Positions 1-13,496 of a DNA stretch of 64,000 nucleotides are shown here, one piece after another. The notes below the pieces were generated by a model, which worked only from the letters and a program-made list of their open reading frames with translations, had not been told where the DNA came from and searched no databases. Location: assembly GCA_951406725.2 (NCBI GenBank), contig OX597817.1, forward strand, positions 25,358,001 to 25,422,000. Reading direction: 5' to 3'. Position 1 is the stretch's first letter. Each line of letters starts with the position of its first letter. The translations under genes and the position numbers were made by a program. Origin of the DNA: Octopus vulgaris. Lineage: Eukaryota.

Positions 1-179
1 ATTCCGATTAGGAAACTTTTCAGTTCAAGTTGCACCTTCATCTTGTGATTAACCACGGCAAAATTAAGGAGCTAGTCCATACTAAACCCCGTTATAAAAC
101 CTGTAGTATAACAGATATATTCCTCCAGTATCCAAATCGCGTCGAGCTGAAAAACACCTACTACAGTCAGGAAGCTCGA

Positions 180-692
180 TGAAAAAGGTTATGCTTTCAG
201 TTTGTTGAGATTGGAACATTGTTGATTTTTTGAGCTTCTTCTCAAAGACAGGTCCGTCATATCGGACAAAATGTGATTGTGGCCAGCAAGACAAATTAAA
301 CGCTACGATCCATCAGAAGCGTCCAACACTTGCTAACCGTGAGAACATTGTCATGCAATACGACAACGCCAGACTGCACACGTCTTTGCAGACCCAAAAA
401 AAGGTTACTGCAACGTGGCTGCAACGTTTTACCGCACCCTCCCTTTTTGCCTGACATTGCATCTTCAGATTTACACCTGTTTCTGTCTCTTCAAAATTCA
501 TTGAGTGGACAGACCTTAGACTCTGAAAATGAAGTAAAAAACTTGCTTGTGAGAGATTTTCACCAGTGAATACAGGAAATTCCTCGAACAGAGAATCATG
601 GATCTGACCACAAGATGGCAGAGAACACTGAAACGAAACGTACCCGTATCATTGATAGAATTGTTTAAAACCGAAAGAACGTTTTGCCCAAC
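180..692 (+). mobile_element. Degenerate mariner (DD34D-type) transposase 3' half with right TIR
   Basis: Frameshifted translation KKVMLSV...QQDKLNATIHQKRPTLANRENIVMQYDNARLHTS...LPHPPFLPDIASSDLHLFLSLQNSL...IMDLTTRWQ matches mariner motifs (DNARPH, HPPYSPDLAPSDY). AAAACCGAAAGAACGTTTTGCCCAAC at 667-692 resembles a mariner TIR. Confidence 0.9.
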
Positions 693-696
693 AGCA

Positions 697-707
697 CACA
701 CACGCAC

Positions 708-762
<55 letters not shown>

Positions 763-768
763 ACACAC

Positions 769-799
<31 letters not shown>

Positions 800-981
800 T
801 GCACATACATATGCACGCACAAATCTTTACTTATGTTTGTCGTTCAAATACAGGTCAAGGTCTACTCCGAATTATTCCTCTTAGACAATTAGTTTCATTT
901 CATACATATATACATGCTTACCACCATACAGACGTAAACATATACATACATACACACACATATATATATACATTTACACAC

Positions 982-1048
<67 letters not shown>

Positions 1049-1079
1049 TAAATAGATAGATAGATAGATAGATAGATAT

Positions 1080-1116
<37 letters not shown>

Positions 1117-1179
1117 AAAAAAGATAGATAGATACATACATACGTACGTAGTACGCACATACATTCATACATACATACA

Positions 1180-1212
<33 letters not shown>
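697..1212. repeat. Compound microsatellite (CA)n/(TA)n/(GA)n/(GATA)n/(TACA)n
   Basis: Seen directly; explains the HT, IY and LSIY repeat ORFs. Confidence 0.98.
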
Positions 1213-1213
<1 letters not shown>

Positions 1214-1522
1214 GTATAGTATATCTTTTATGAATCACTGTGTGATATGTATATAACTGTTTGAATAATTTTTTAAAGCTAAACCGATGCAAGTTATAAA
1301 AAATTTATATCACATATCAACGACTAGCACTATTACTTGGTATGTTAATATTTCATCGCGAGGACTCGTTCTTGGGTCAGCTATCAGCACCGTTCCTCTG
1401 TACTTTTCATAAAGAAGGGGTCCTAACCCTGGAATATTAAAATATATCAGAATAATACTAACTATCAACCTGTAATATTAGAATTTCATAACTTGCTTTG
1501 TTTTACTTCAGAAATAATTAAA

Positions 1523-1652
1523 GCATACATACATACATACATACATACATACATACATACATACATACATACATACATACATACATACATACATACATAC
1601 GTACGTACGTACGTACGTACGCACGTACCTACCTACGCACGTACCTACCTAC
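1523..1652. repeat. (TACA)n/(TACG)n microsatellite
   Basis: Seen directly. Confidence 0.95.
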
Positions 1653-2822
1653 GCTTCGTACATTCTGTCAGGTAAATTTTGATATACAGTATTTTCATTT
1701 TCGTATTCATATTTTTAACATTTGTTGATATTCATTTTCAGTTTTGGTTTTCTTTAAGAAAATGTAATTAACAGATACAATGTGGTACACAAGACTGTGA
1801 TGATCGAATTATTTGCAGTATATATTGCGACATATGCTTTGCGATTATAACAGATGTGTGTTTCTGACATACGATTATGACAGAAGTAGATTTGGAACAT
1901 TTATGATTATAACCAATGTATATTTTAGTTCAAATATGTTTGTGACATATTTTCCACTTCCAAAGGCAATTTCACTATAGTTTACTGCGGAGAAAAATTT
2001 CTTGCTTATGGTAAAAGGTGTAAAAACATCTTATCTGCTCAATGTTTCTCTTTATCGGACTCCTAGACGCGTTTCTGGCGCAAGCATTTCTCAGTAGGCG
2101 ATATCAAAGAGAGATAATCTTGAATAGATTAGAAAGCCGTAGTTTTATAATGAGACAATCAATATTAGTGTCTGACTTGCACTTGTATACCGCCTGGTCA
2201 TAACAAATATAGTAATAGCAGCGCTAATAAGTAATGGAAAATAAACTTTCAGTGAAATTCGGATATATCTATCACATATTTAGACTTCTTTTCCTCCATA
2301 TAAAATTATGACCTCGAAAGTAGTTTTCTTACCTATCAGCTTCTTACGACAGAAAAATACTTGTCTTATATTCATTAATGTGACAGGAATATGTGATGAT
2401 AGATATGCAATTATTATATGTATCATTGTGAAACAAATTGCAAGCTCAATCATATTTTGAACAGGATGACAGTAGATGTTACAAGCACATGAGTTTACCA
2501 TGACGAAATTATTTTTCTAATGTATAACAGCGATAGCAAGAGTATATTTCTAACATATACTGTACTGACTGAAGTTTTTAACGTAAAAATTAAGAAGATC
2601 GTTTTGGTTTTACAGATGAATTCTAATCTCAAAGAAAATTGTTAAACAGATTTATTTCTTCATGCCAATTGCAAAAAATCACCATCAACTTTTGGAGATA
2701 TTGATATTAAAAACATTTATGAAGTTTTAAACTTTCAAACCGTTTGTCAGTTTAGCCAATCAATTTACGACATTCCTTCTCGTTAACGATGTTCACATAT
2801 CAGCAAACTGAAACCCTCTTGG

Positions 2823-2925
2823 AGTTAGAGTTAGGGTTTTCGGTAAAGTTTCGAATTTATGGTTAGAGATTAGGGTTTACTGTAAAAGGTTTAGATTTAA
2901 GGTTTAGCGTTTAGGGTTAGGTTTT
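2823..2925 (+). repeat. Degenerate TTAGGG/TTTAGGG-like tract
   Basis: GTTAGAGTTAGGG...ATTAGGGTTT...GGTTTAGCGTTTAGGGTTAGG. Confidence 0.55.
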
Positions 2926-4807
2926 ACAGTTCATGCTTAAAGTTTAATGTTGCAGTTTGTCATGTATCACAAAGTTTAATTGCAAACGCCAATTTGGAGT
3001 CTTCATTTTCTTTCAGGAAATATTTTTCATCTCTAAAGGTTTTGTAATGTTTTTATTATCAATTTCTAAAGTAAAGATATTTTTATTGTGAACATCTCAA
3101 AACTTTCATGGCGTCTCAAAGCCAGAAATGAAAAAAAGCTAAAGCATTCCATAACATCATGAGTGTCTAGAAAAATGGACAAATCTGATTGGCTAATATT
3201 AGAAACGAAGGTCCATGACATTCTTATTGTTGATTCTAGTTTAAAAGAAATAATATTTGTATTCTTTTTAATCCTCATAAAAATCTATATCAGTATTGAC
3301 ATTTTAAAATAAAATCGTAACTAATGCCAAAATTGCAAAACTATGCTTCTAACAAATTACGATTATTATTACTGATTTACGCTGTAATGTATTTGGTCAT
3401 AATGACAGAAGTACGTTTCTAATATAGAAGACTATGATATATGCTACTGAGGTGTATGATCAAGCTTACCAAAGGCATTCAAGTTACGACCAGAAAGACT
3501 AGCGTCGTATAACCACCAGTTTGGTTGTTATGTTTTTAACCTATATGCAAAGTCATGCGCCGGTCTCGTTAGAAGAATCTATGCAGTTAATATAAATTAT
3601 TTTTGTTAGTTTTGACTGAAATATTACAGCTGGATGAGTCAATACGATGGACTATCGTTCCTCTGTTATCTATTCCCATTTTTAATTAATTGGAACCTTG
3701 GCGCATTAACTCATTTTTGTTCTTTTTGATTCTGTATTGTAACGCTTGCTATTTTTCGGTTGAATAACAGATTGTTCAACTACGTTTACATCTCCCTGAT
3801 AAGGGTATAATTTTGATTAATTAAAATTATCGTGCTCCCTGCATTAAGCAAGCAAACGCTTTCTTCACTTCGTATTGATTAATAGGGTCATCTGTTCGTA
3901 ATGAAATCCTTTCAGCAAGCTATATGTATGTTTTGTGGTATCTTGGGAATCTTGCGAACTTAATTCAAAAACAAAATAATGTTAGATTTAATGTACTGAA
4001 CACAAAAATGAACTCTCATTAAAAATATTTATACACCGAAAGCATCTCTTAGTATTATTTTAGCCCTTTCAGTAAAAAAGGATCCAATTTCCTACTTGTT
4101 TTAGTTTTGATATTCTTTCTCCATGAATCATAGACGTCGGAAAAGTAGAGATTACAGAATCACTAATTAGATGTATAATATGGTGCGTGAATGAATGTGA
4201 ACTCTTAGCATATGTTACAAACAAACCTTGATTATAATTACTCAGCATGAACACTGAATAGGGTATTGCTCGTGAGTATTTCATGATATTATTATAGTGA
4301 TTTAAATGCATACCCTCTACAGTATAACCAGCATATTTGTCCTCCAAGGTTTTTAATGCCATTTGTCTCTGGATAATTCAAACAATGATCATAATTACAG
4401 ATCTCAAGCAGGTAGGTGATTATCAGCTGATTGCAAGTTTTTTGCGCCTACACGGGATCTTCTGTGTTTATGCAAGTTAAAAATACCACTCATATCTTTT
4501 TCAGATCATACACAATAATTTTGAAAGAGGAACAGCACATTATTTAATATATTGAGTGATTTCCTTAAAAGATTGATCAGTTACAGATGAATACCGCTCA
4601 TCCTGGATCTATCTGCTCAGTGAAGACCTGGGAACAAATACGCAGGAATGCCGAAAAGTGTATTGCGTGATATAATTATTAATTCGGTGTGTTACTTGAC
4701 TGACCAGACTTAATATCAAAAATATTCCTGCTATGCTTATCCCATTCTTCTCTTATGCATTATATATCTTAGACTACCTTATCCAACGTGTTTCTCTTTT
4801 TTAAGAT

Positions 4808-5323
4808 GATGGGGTATGTTTTGAAGATGATTTATTTGCCTCACCCAACAGCGCCAACAACTAGGTAACATTTCCATTGTTTACTCACATGTGAATTGTA
4901 TTTTCTCACTAATAAAATGAACTTAGCAAGTTTAGAAGGAAATGTTCTAAGGCGGCGAGCTAGCAGAAACGTCAGCACGCCGGGCGAAATGCGTAGCCGT
5001 ATTTCGTCTGCCGTTACGTTCTGAGTTCAAATTCCGCCGAGGTTGACTTTGCCTTTCATCCTTTCGGGATCGATAAATTAAGTCCCAGTTACGCACTGGA
5101 GTCGTTGTAATCGACTTAATCCGTTTGTCTCTCCTTGTTTGTCTCCTCTATGTTTAACCCCTTGTGGGTAATAATAGAAACAGATAGGGTATATTTTGAA
5201 GGTGATTTATTTGTCACACCCAGCAGCGCCAACAACTATGTGACATTTCAATTGTTGACTCACATGTCAATTGTATTTTCTCACTAATGCAATGCGCTTA
5301 GCAAGTTTAGACGTATATGTTCT
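4808..5323 (+). repeat. 141-bp direct repeat (4808-4948 and 5183-5323) bracketing a SINE
   Basis: The two copies align without gaps, about 87% identical by eye, and abut both SINE ends. Confidence 0.92.
4950..5182 (+). mobile_element. SINE family A (GGCGGCGAGCTGGCAGAA head, GAGTTCAAATTCC B box, A-rich tail)
   Basis: Pol III A/B-box-like head and central GACTTTGCCTTTCATCCTTTCGGGGTCGATAAA block resembling the Deu/Nin SINE domain; about 10 copies in the window. Confidence 0.9.
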
Positions 5324-5822
5324 GTTACCCGTGTGTAATAAGAGCAATTTTTTAAAAAAAGAAAGGTCTTTGGGTGCAAAAGTAAGTGCATGTCAGGTTA
5401 CTGTAATTTAATATTTGCACCGAAACTACGTATTTTATTAAAGCACAAATCTCTTATACAAATTGAGCATTAACTCCTGAGTTTTCTAAACAGTAATGTT
5501 TACAGTAACTCTCTTTGACTTACCTAAGGAATTAAATGTTATTTTGTCTCTTAATGAGATGCAGCCTTAAAAATAGCCGAAAAAAAAAGCAAAAAGCAGA
5601 AAACTACAAACACACACACGTGTGTGTGTGTGTATGTGCATGCGTGGGTGCACGCGTATGTGTGTGTGGGAACTATGCACAATATTCTATTGAAAATGTA
5701 TAGGCATTGGGAATATTAAATTTTAACGATGTATTGGCATGTGCAAAATAATTTCTGTACTTTATACAAGGTATTAGTTGATATGATACGCAAGTAACCA
5801 ATGCAGAAGGGAAATTCAACTG

Positions 5823-5865
<43 letters not shown>

Positions 5866-6000
5866 CCACACATATATCCATACAAGAAAATGAATAGATG
5901 TATTCAATGCAAGCATATGCTTCATAGGCTAATATTGATAGAGAACAAAATTTTGCACCGTGTTAACCACAAAGCAGCATCAGATTTTTTACAAACAATA

Positions 6001-6401
6001 TACTCTTTACTCTTTACTCTTTTACGTGTTTCAGTCATTTGACTGCGGCCATGCTGGAGCACCACCTTTAGTCGAGCAAATCGACCCCGGGACTTATTCT
6101 TTGTAAGCCCAGTACTTATTCTATCGGTCTCCTTTGCCGAACCGCTAAGTGACGGGGGCGTAAACACACCAGCATCGGTTGTCATGCAATGCTAGGGGGA
6201 CAAACACATACACACACACATATATATATATATATACATATATACGACAGGCTTCTTTCAGTTTCCGTCTACCAAATCCACTCACAAGGCATTGGTCGGC
6301 CCGGGGCAATAGCAGAAGACACTTGCCCAAGGTGCCACGCAGTGGGACTGAACCCGGAACCATGTGGTTGGTTAGCAAGCTACTTACCACACAGCCACTC
6401 C
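6001..6401 (-). mobile_element. SINE family B (GGAGTGGCTGTGTGGTAAG head, internal TA/TG tract, AAGAGTA tail)
   Basis: tRNA-like head with GGTTCAGTCCC box and CORE-like ACCTTGGGCAAGTG; multiple near-identical copies in the window. Confidence 0.9.
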
Positions 6402-6552
6402 TAAATTTATGTTACAAAAGTTGTTTTTGTGTTTGTGCATTATAGTATTTGCATACACTCGGAGTATAAAAAGTTAAATAGGTATACTGAACAAGAAATC
6501 GTGATATTTTAACATGATAATATTGCAATGTTGTTGCAGAATAGTATTCTGA

Positions 6553-7005
6553 AGGCGGCGAACTGGCAGAAACGTTAGCACGCCGGGCGAAATGCGTAGC
6601 CTTATTTCGTCTGCCATTACGTTCTGAGTTCAAATTCTGCCGAGGTCGACTTTGCCTTTCATCCTTTCGGTGTTGATTAAATAACTACCAGTTACACACT
6701 GGGGTCGATGTAATCGACTTAATTCGTTTGTCTGTCCTTGTTTGTCCCCTCTGTGTGTAGCCCCTTGTGGGCAGTGAAGAAAGAAACAAGAATCATTAGC
6801 ACGCCGGGCGAAATGCTCAGCGGTATTTCGTCTGCCATTACGTTCTGAGTTCAAATTCCGCCGAGGTCGACTTTGCCTTTCGTCCTTTCGGAGTCGATTA
6901 AATAAGTACAAGTTACACAGTGGGGTCGATGTAATTGACTTAATCCCTCTGTCTGTCCTTGTTTGTCCCCTCTATGTTTAGTCCCTTGTGGGCAATAAAG
7001 AAATA
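6553..7005 (+). mobile_element. SINE family A head-to-tail dimer within one 15-bp TSD
   Basis: Two units joined near 6790; TSD AGAATAGT(A/T)TTCTGA at 6538-6552 and 7006-7020. Confidence 0.88.
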
Positions 7006-7099
7006 AGAATAGTTTTCTGATATTAGTATATTGTTTCATAGCAAACACATTAACCAGTTGAAGAAATTAATGATGGCTATTATTTAGGAAAAGAGATCA

Positions 7100-7312
7100 A
7101 ATGTTCTTCCCATAACATAGGCCGTTTTCCTGGCTTCTGTTGTGTATGTCAGCTCTTCCATGGCCGAAATGCCATCCAGTCGCAAGTCTACTATTTTAAA
7201 CCATTTGAGTGGACTTGAGCAATGTGAAATGAAATGTTTTGCTCAAGAACACTTCGTATTATCCGGTCCAGCAATCAAAACCAAAATCTCATGATCATGC
7301 GTGCAACACCTT
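7100..7312 (-). mobile_element. Degenerate SINE family C copy
   Basis: Aligns loosely with 8769-9030 (TGAGTGGAC...GTGAAATGAAATGTTTTGCTCAAGAACAC). Confidence 0.7.
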
Positions 7313-7539
7313 AAAAATTAAGCTAACTTAGTTAATTAAGCTAACTTAGTAAAACGTAAATGCCAAAGCAACCAAAACAGAGCGTTGCATTAAAAGAGCA
7401 ATTCCATTAATTCGAGCATAAGGAAACCTTTTGATCATTCAGACAGGTTTACTATAACATTTAAGGAAATATTACCACTTAAGTTTTGGGAAAGCAATAG
7501 AATTTTAGACAGGAATTTGGGGATTCTATATCACATATA

Positions 7540-8750
7540 ATTAATATGCGGAATGAATGAAAATAGTTAAAGTGGAAATAAGCAGTTCAGCGAAACAATA
7601 TCCTAGTTGGATAATTAGCGGCAATGATCTGCTGCAGGTAAAGATAGTACGATTTGGAAAGTCTCAGGACCAGATTAGGTCAAAGGCTTATCGATACAAG
7701 ATCGAAAATTTTTACACACTCAGACTGGGAACCCTATGAATAATTGTGTGACACAAGAAACTGTACCAGGATTGATAGTGAAGGAATAACAATTCTGATA
7801 GGGAAATATCCAATAAAAGTAAAAGCAGTTAGAAATTATCAACTAATCACCTGCTTCATTCTATAATAGAAATTAAAAACAGACATTACCTCCGAAAAAT
7901 ATACAATGAGTTGTTTTCTCAAAGCATCTCAGCTCAAAGGCGCCTGCCTATGCTTAGTGCATGCTGTCCACCTGGCGCAGACAGGTGACGAACTGTGTTG
8001 TAACTGGCAAGATCACCATTCTGAGACGGTACTTCGTTGCCGCCCCGCTTGAGTGGATCCCGAGCGAAGATTTAAAGAGAAAAATTGAGTGTTTAATGGT
8101 GGTGTCTCAAGAGCAAGTCCTCAGCACTAGTTCAGTGAGTAAGGGTATTCACTCCGTCCCTTCAAAGAAAAAAATGTTACGTATGTAATCAGCGATGGGG
8201 AAATATTAAGCGTAATGTAGCAGGGTTCAAAATATTAGAACAAAAAGAATGTGCGATAATGATAACGTTTGGTACCCTTACGACAAATACGAACAGAACA
8301 TTTCAAACAAGTGGTACAATTATATACCAGAAAGGGGTCTAAATAAAAATGAAAGAAAAATTATTTGAGATTTTGATTTCCAGTTAGACATAACAATTGA
8401 ACACTGTTGGCAGGCATTATTGTACATAAGAAAAAGAAAAAAATGTTACATAATACACGATCATGATACACGATGCAATTCCTTCAGACAAATCGTTGCC
8501 AACAATGAAGTAAACAGATCTCGAAATTTGCCGATGTAGAAATGGTGATATTATGAATGTGGAAATGCCCAGCAGCAAAAGTGAATGTTGTATCGATTAC
8601 TATGAGAGTATGAAGTTCAATCTCCTCAAAATTAGCTTGCCACCAACAATAATCGGATATCAAAGCAGATATGAGAATATTCCAAATATCTGTTTACATT
8701 GGAACGGCATATAATCTTGAAAAAATACTTTCGATGTCGTCTTTGTTAAG
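7540..8750 (+). mobile_element. Decayed Dong/R4-like non-LTR retrotransposon fragments, interrupted by an unclassified GC-richer repeat at about 7920-8200
   Basis: Broken frames give a WKSxGPD-like motif near 7655 and NKWYNYIPERGL..KII*DFDFQLDITIEH at about 8305-8405, matching the restriction-like endonuclease region (WDFxIQTD..H.RPDI). Confidence 0.65.
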
Positions 8751-8768
8751 ACTAGACAATTAACATGT

Positions 8769-9030
8769 TAAAAAAATATATAAATGCGCCCTTTTAAAGC
8801 CTAGCCAGGTTCATGGGCCTGATTTCCCGGTTTCTATGGCGTATGTGTTCCCCAGCTGGACGGGATGCCAGTCCACCGTTGCGTTACTCATTTTTGCCAG
8901 CTGAGAGGACTGAAGCAACGTGAAATGAAGTGTTTTGATCAAGAACACAACACGTTGCCCGGTCCGGGAATCGAAACCATAATCTTACGATGAGGATGCT
9001 GACACCCTAACCACTAAGCCACGCGCCTCC
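8769..9030 (-). mobile_element. SINE family C (tRNA head plus Meta-like core), full length
   Basis: GGAGGCGCGTGGCTTAGTGG A box and GGTTTCGATTCC B box; 13-bp TSD ACAATTAACATGT at 8756-8768 and 9031-9043. Confidence 0.92.
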
Positions 9031-10199
9031 ACAATTAACATGTAGTAAAACAATAAAACGAATATTCTATTTCCATTCAGTTCTGTGATACATAACGATA
9101 ATGGTAACAATAATGTACACTGGCAGCACAAGACCAGCTAGTTTACCAGAAACTAAGAAGCTCATATCTTCGAAAATGTTGCTAACCCAAAATGCAGGTT
9201 TTAGGACAATATAATTCAACAGTAGACAACCGATTTCAGCTTGTCTGATACTGACATCAGATAGGTATAAGGACCCCCGTAACAAAGTACGCCAATATAA
9301 GCAGTGAAAGTTATGCATGTGATTACTACAGAAAACATGCTACATATATCCGCTGTAAAAATTGATTGATATCCCACTCAGCTATTTTGTATATAATACT
9401 TTGATCACATAACTAAATTCAAATTGTCCAATCAGTGTATAATAATTATACTGAGATATTGCTAAGCTGTAATATATTATTGGCATGTTGTTTTATGAGT
9501 TGCATTATGATAGTTTATATGACATTACAGTCATTATGATATCCGGTGTTATGATATTTCGATATATTTATTTATATTATTTATGAGAAATAACCTGATC
9601 AATAGATATTACATCAGAATATTACGGTATTAGAATTTCTGCGTTATTTAGCCTCAAGCTATCTCTAATTGACTAGAACATAATAATGGAGTCTAATGTT
9701 TCATATGGCATTCTTTTTTTAAAGATGTTAGCAGAGAATTTGTAGCAGTATTTTGTACAATCTTTGTAACATTGCAAAATGTTGGATTCATTATAATTTG
9801 TAGCTCTCGAGTTGCTCCCCACCATGTCTCCAAGTTGTACAGCTTCTTGCTGATGGTGTCAATGTGCCGCAAAATGAATCTCTCTACATTCAGTAGAATT
9901 TTCTTCAAGGATCGGGTCAGTGTCTTTCTATCACATTTTGGGAACTGAGTGACAGGTATACGTCTCCACATGGCTTCCGTGAGCAGCTGGTAAGGATCGT
10001 GGCGTAAAATTAGAGCTGAAATTCACATAATAAATCTAGCTATTACTGCAGAATGTGCATTGCTGCCGATGTCTGCTTTGGCACGGCATGAGCTTGATGT
10101 AGAGCATCGCAAGTCTCTGATTTTGATAGGCAAGCCAGATGGCAGTGATCCTCTTCATATTTTCCTATTGCACTTTTATTGGATGGTTGCCAGCACACA

Positions 10200-10269
<70 letters not shown>

Positions 10270-11189
10270 ACAATTATCAGGAAAAGGCTTGTGGCAGCGG
10301 GTGAAACATGTTTTTAGAGATGTCTGATATGTTGTTCATAGCTTGAGGATATCAACAATATAGCTTTATTGAGCAGTGTGGATTCACTAATGCTGCTCAC
10401 GAACAGCTACTATGATGCCTCACGCACCAATGGTGGTAGTCAAACAGCAAGAGTTGCAGGTAGACAACTTTCCAACGAACAATGACAAAAGAAATGGCAT
10501 GGACCAGGGGAATCCAGGTAACTGCATTTGTGGGTCAGTGATTTTCATATTTTATGAGACTAGAATATCGATATACACCAACATTTGAGGAGTATCTTGT
10601 TTTCATTTTGACAGTAATACAACTAAGACAATATTTTTGTATAAGAAAATTTGGTAAGAAAATATTTTTGCGTAAGAAAATTTGTATAAGAAAATTTAAA
10701 CGGAAAGCGTATCAAAATAACATTTATTTCATAATTACCCTTTAAGCTATAAAATTTCGGTGAATTTATATTTATTACTTTCTCTGCTTTTCGATCATAT
10801 TGAAAAAATAGAAAAATCACGTATATTAGAAATAAACACACACAATCAGACAAAAAGACACACCGACACGCACACGCGCGCACACAAACACACACATATA
10901 TTCTCTATATATTCTCTGTCGTGTTTTTCTGCAAATTCTTTCTTCTATGTAGATCAAACAATGCTTCATTCTTTTTTACATATACATAATCTCAACAATT
11001 CTCACTGGACCACCCCTGTCTCAGAAAACAGATTCCTTGAAAATATCTTGCGATGGCATGACATTCTATTCTCTTTAAAGAACACCATAACACACATTAG
11101 GGAAACACGCTACACGTGATATTGCAATACACATTTCCAAAGACACACTTAAATCACTCAGTTTCTTCATAAATGCTATGACATTGCAA

Positions 11190-11607
11190 TGGCGAGCTGG
11201 CAGAATCGTTAGCACGCCGGGCGAAATGCGTAGCCGTATTTCGTCTGCCGTTAAGTTCTGAGTTCAAATTCCGCCGAGGTCGACTTTGCCTTTCATCATC
11301 CTTTCGGGGTCAATTAAATAAGTACCAGTTACGCACTGGGGTCGATATAATCGACGTAATCTGTTTGTCTGTCTTTGTTTGTCCTCTCTGTGTTTAGCCC
11401 CTTGTGGGTAGTAAAGAAATAGGTATTTAGTCTGCTGCTACGTTCTGGGTTCAAATTCCGCCGAGGTCGACTTTGCCTTTCATCCTTTCGGGGTCGATTA
11501 AATAAGTACCAGTTACGCACTGGGGTCGATATAATCGACTTAATCAGTTTGTCTGTCCTTGTTTGTCCCCTATATGTTTAGCCCCTTGTGGGTAGTAAAG
11601 AAATAAA
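11190..11607 (+). mobile_element. SINE family A tandem dimer (second unit 5'-truncated)
   Basis: Two consecutive family A bodies with a junction near 11421. Confidence 0.88.
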
Positions 11608-12071
11608 TATCAGATGATTTTCATGGCAACCCTTATTACTTATTTTAACATTGCTAAAACAATACTCAAAATACTAGGCTTCCTCTTTAGAGTATAAAAC
11701 ATCAAGATCGATCAATTACAGGAGTGTTACAAAACTCACGGAGCCTCAGATGAGGCTGTGCACACACATTTGTAAAGTGCTGTAATTGCGCAGAAGAACT
11801 GCAAATCATTGCATACAGTGTACTGCAGCTATCAAAGGATATTGATATCCTTCATTTACTAAATTTTAGGATATTAGTCTGTAAGGCGCTATTCCTTTAC
11901 AGCTGAGATGACTGCAGCAATATGAAATAAATTAAATTAATCGCGGCCTCAATAAACTTTACAAATGCTTAACTGACTACCAAAATTTACTCTCCAAAGC
12001 CATGCAGTTAATCACTACTCGCAATGGTAGTGTCTTTTCTCTCTCTCTCACTTCTGCAACCTTTGTGCATA

Positions 12072-12102
<31 letters not shown>

Positions 12103-13463
12103 ACATGCAACACTAAACTGAGCATTACATTGATGCACGAGATAAAACAAGACGCATCATATGCACTCACACATGCACGCACACACACAAACACACAGAC
12201 ACAATAAATACCTATGATCAAAAAGCACATCCTCTTCAATGAGAGAAACAAAGAAAAACTTTCTAATCAGTTTAAAAGTCATTCATTAATTTACAACAAA
12301 GCTTCTTTTTGAAATTTTTCATGAAACATTTTATTCTCTACCAAAAGAAAGTTCGTAACCCACTTGCTAAAGCCCCTCAACTATGAAATATAGTTTACAA
12401 AGCATGATATACTCAAACGTTTTCAGAGATGCATATAAATTCTCTAGGCCTTCAACAAATATGCACGCAAATAAGCTTTTAAAACCATCTTATCTTGACG
12501 GAACAAAAGTGTTCAATAAACGCATTCAAATATGAAAATATTTGCTACTACAACGCGATGCGTATCAGGAAAAAGTTGGCCAAAGCAACGTATAAACAGC
12601 CTTAATTACATTAACATATACAATTTAACAGATAAATATTAAAACAATAAGAATAATACAACAAATAAAAGAAACAAAGCCCCAGAAAATAACCAAAGAA
12701 TGCTCACAAAATAATAGCCAATCAAAACACGCAAATGCAACCTAATAAACAAACACAGACAAGTGACCGCATCCCCCGTCAATGAATATAATTATGCCAC
12801 CAAAAGAAAGTGGTTAATTCTCGCCTGAATATCGCGGTGGCGTGAATCTTGAATGACAAGGTAAATATTCAGAGTGAATAAACTATGTACTTCACCACTC
12901 ACACACACACATCCTTTAACGTGTTTTCATTTCTACCAATCAACAACGTTGTATTTCCACCAATGAAAGAAATTGTTTGACCAGAAACGGATATAGTAAA
13001 GGCTACTGTTTTCTCTATGACTGGAATGGTGTAATTGTACGCACCATTACATTCCTCCAGTCGTTTCAGCTTAAACAAGCAGTCTGATTTTGTCCCTATG
13101 TTCAACATTTGCGCAGATACACACACGCACACACACACATGCACGCACACACTCACTCACTCACATATATATGTATATATCTTCGAAACGCGGAGTAGAT
13201 GAAACAGAGGCGGTTGAAGAAAGGGAATTTTCCTTGTATTGTATGTCTTGTACTCTATTTTATGGTTGTTTAAGAAAAATGTCCATTTCCTTGGTTTTGT
13301 GTTTGTGTTTTCGTTTCTCATTGTGTTCGACGTTTTTTTTTTTTGGTGTCCTGTACCCATATATGCATGTATATATACATGTAGATGTAGGTACGTACAT
13401 ATATATATATGTATATATGCATATGTTTTATTTATTAATTTGTTATTATATATATATATATGG

Positions 13464-13496
<33 letters not shown>

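Noticed and set aside
2823-2925. True telomere or chromosome fusion scar
   Set aside because: Short, highly degenerate and single orientation, with no head-to-head array.
4069-4362. 97-aa non-repetitive ORF
   Set aside because: No recognisable motif or splice context; length is within chance range.
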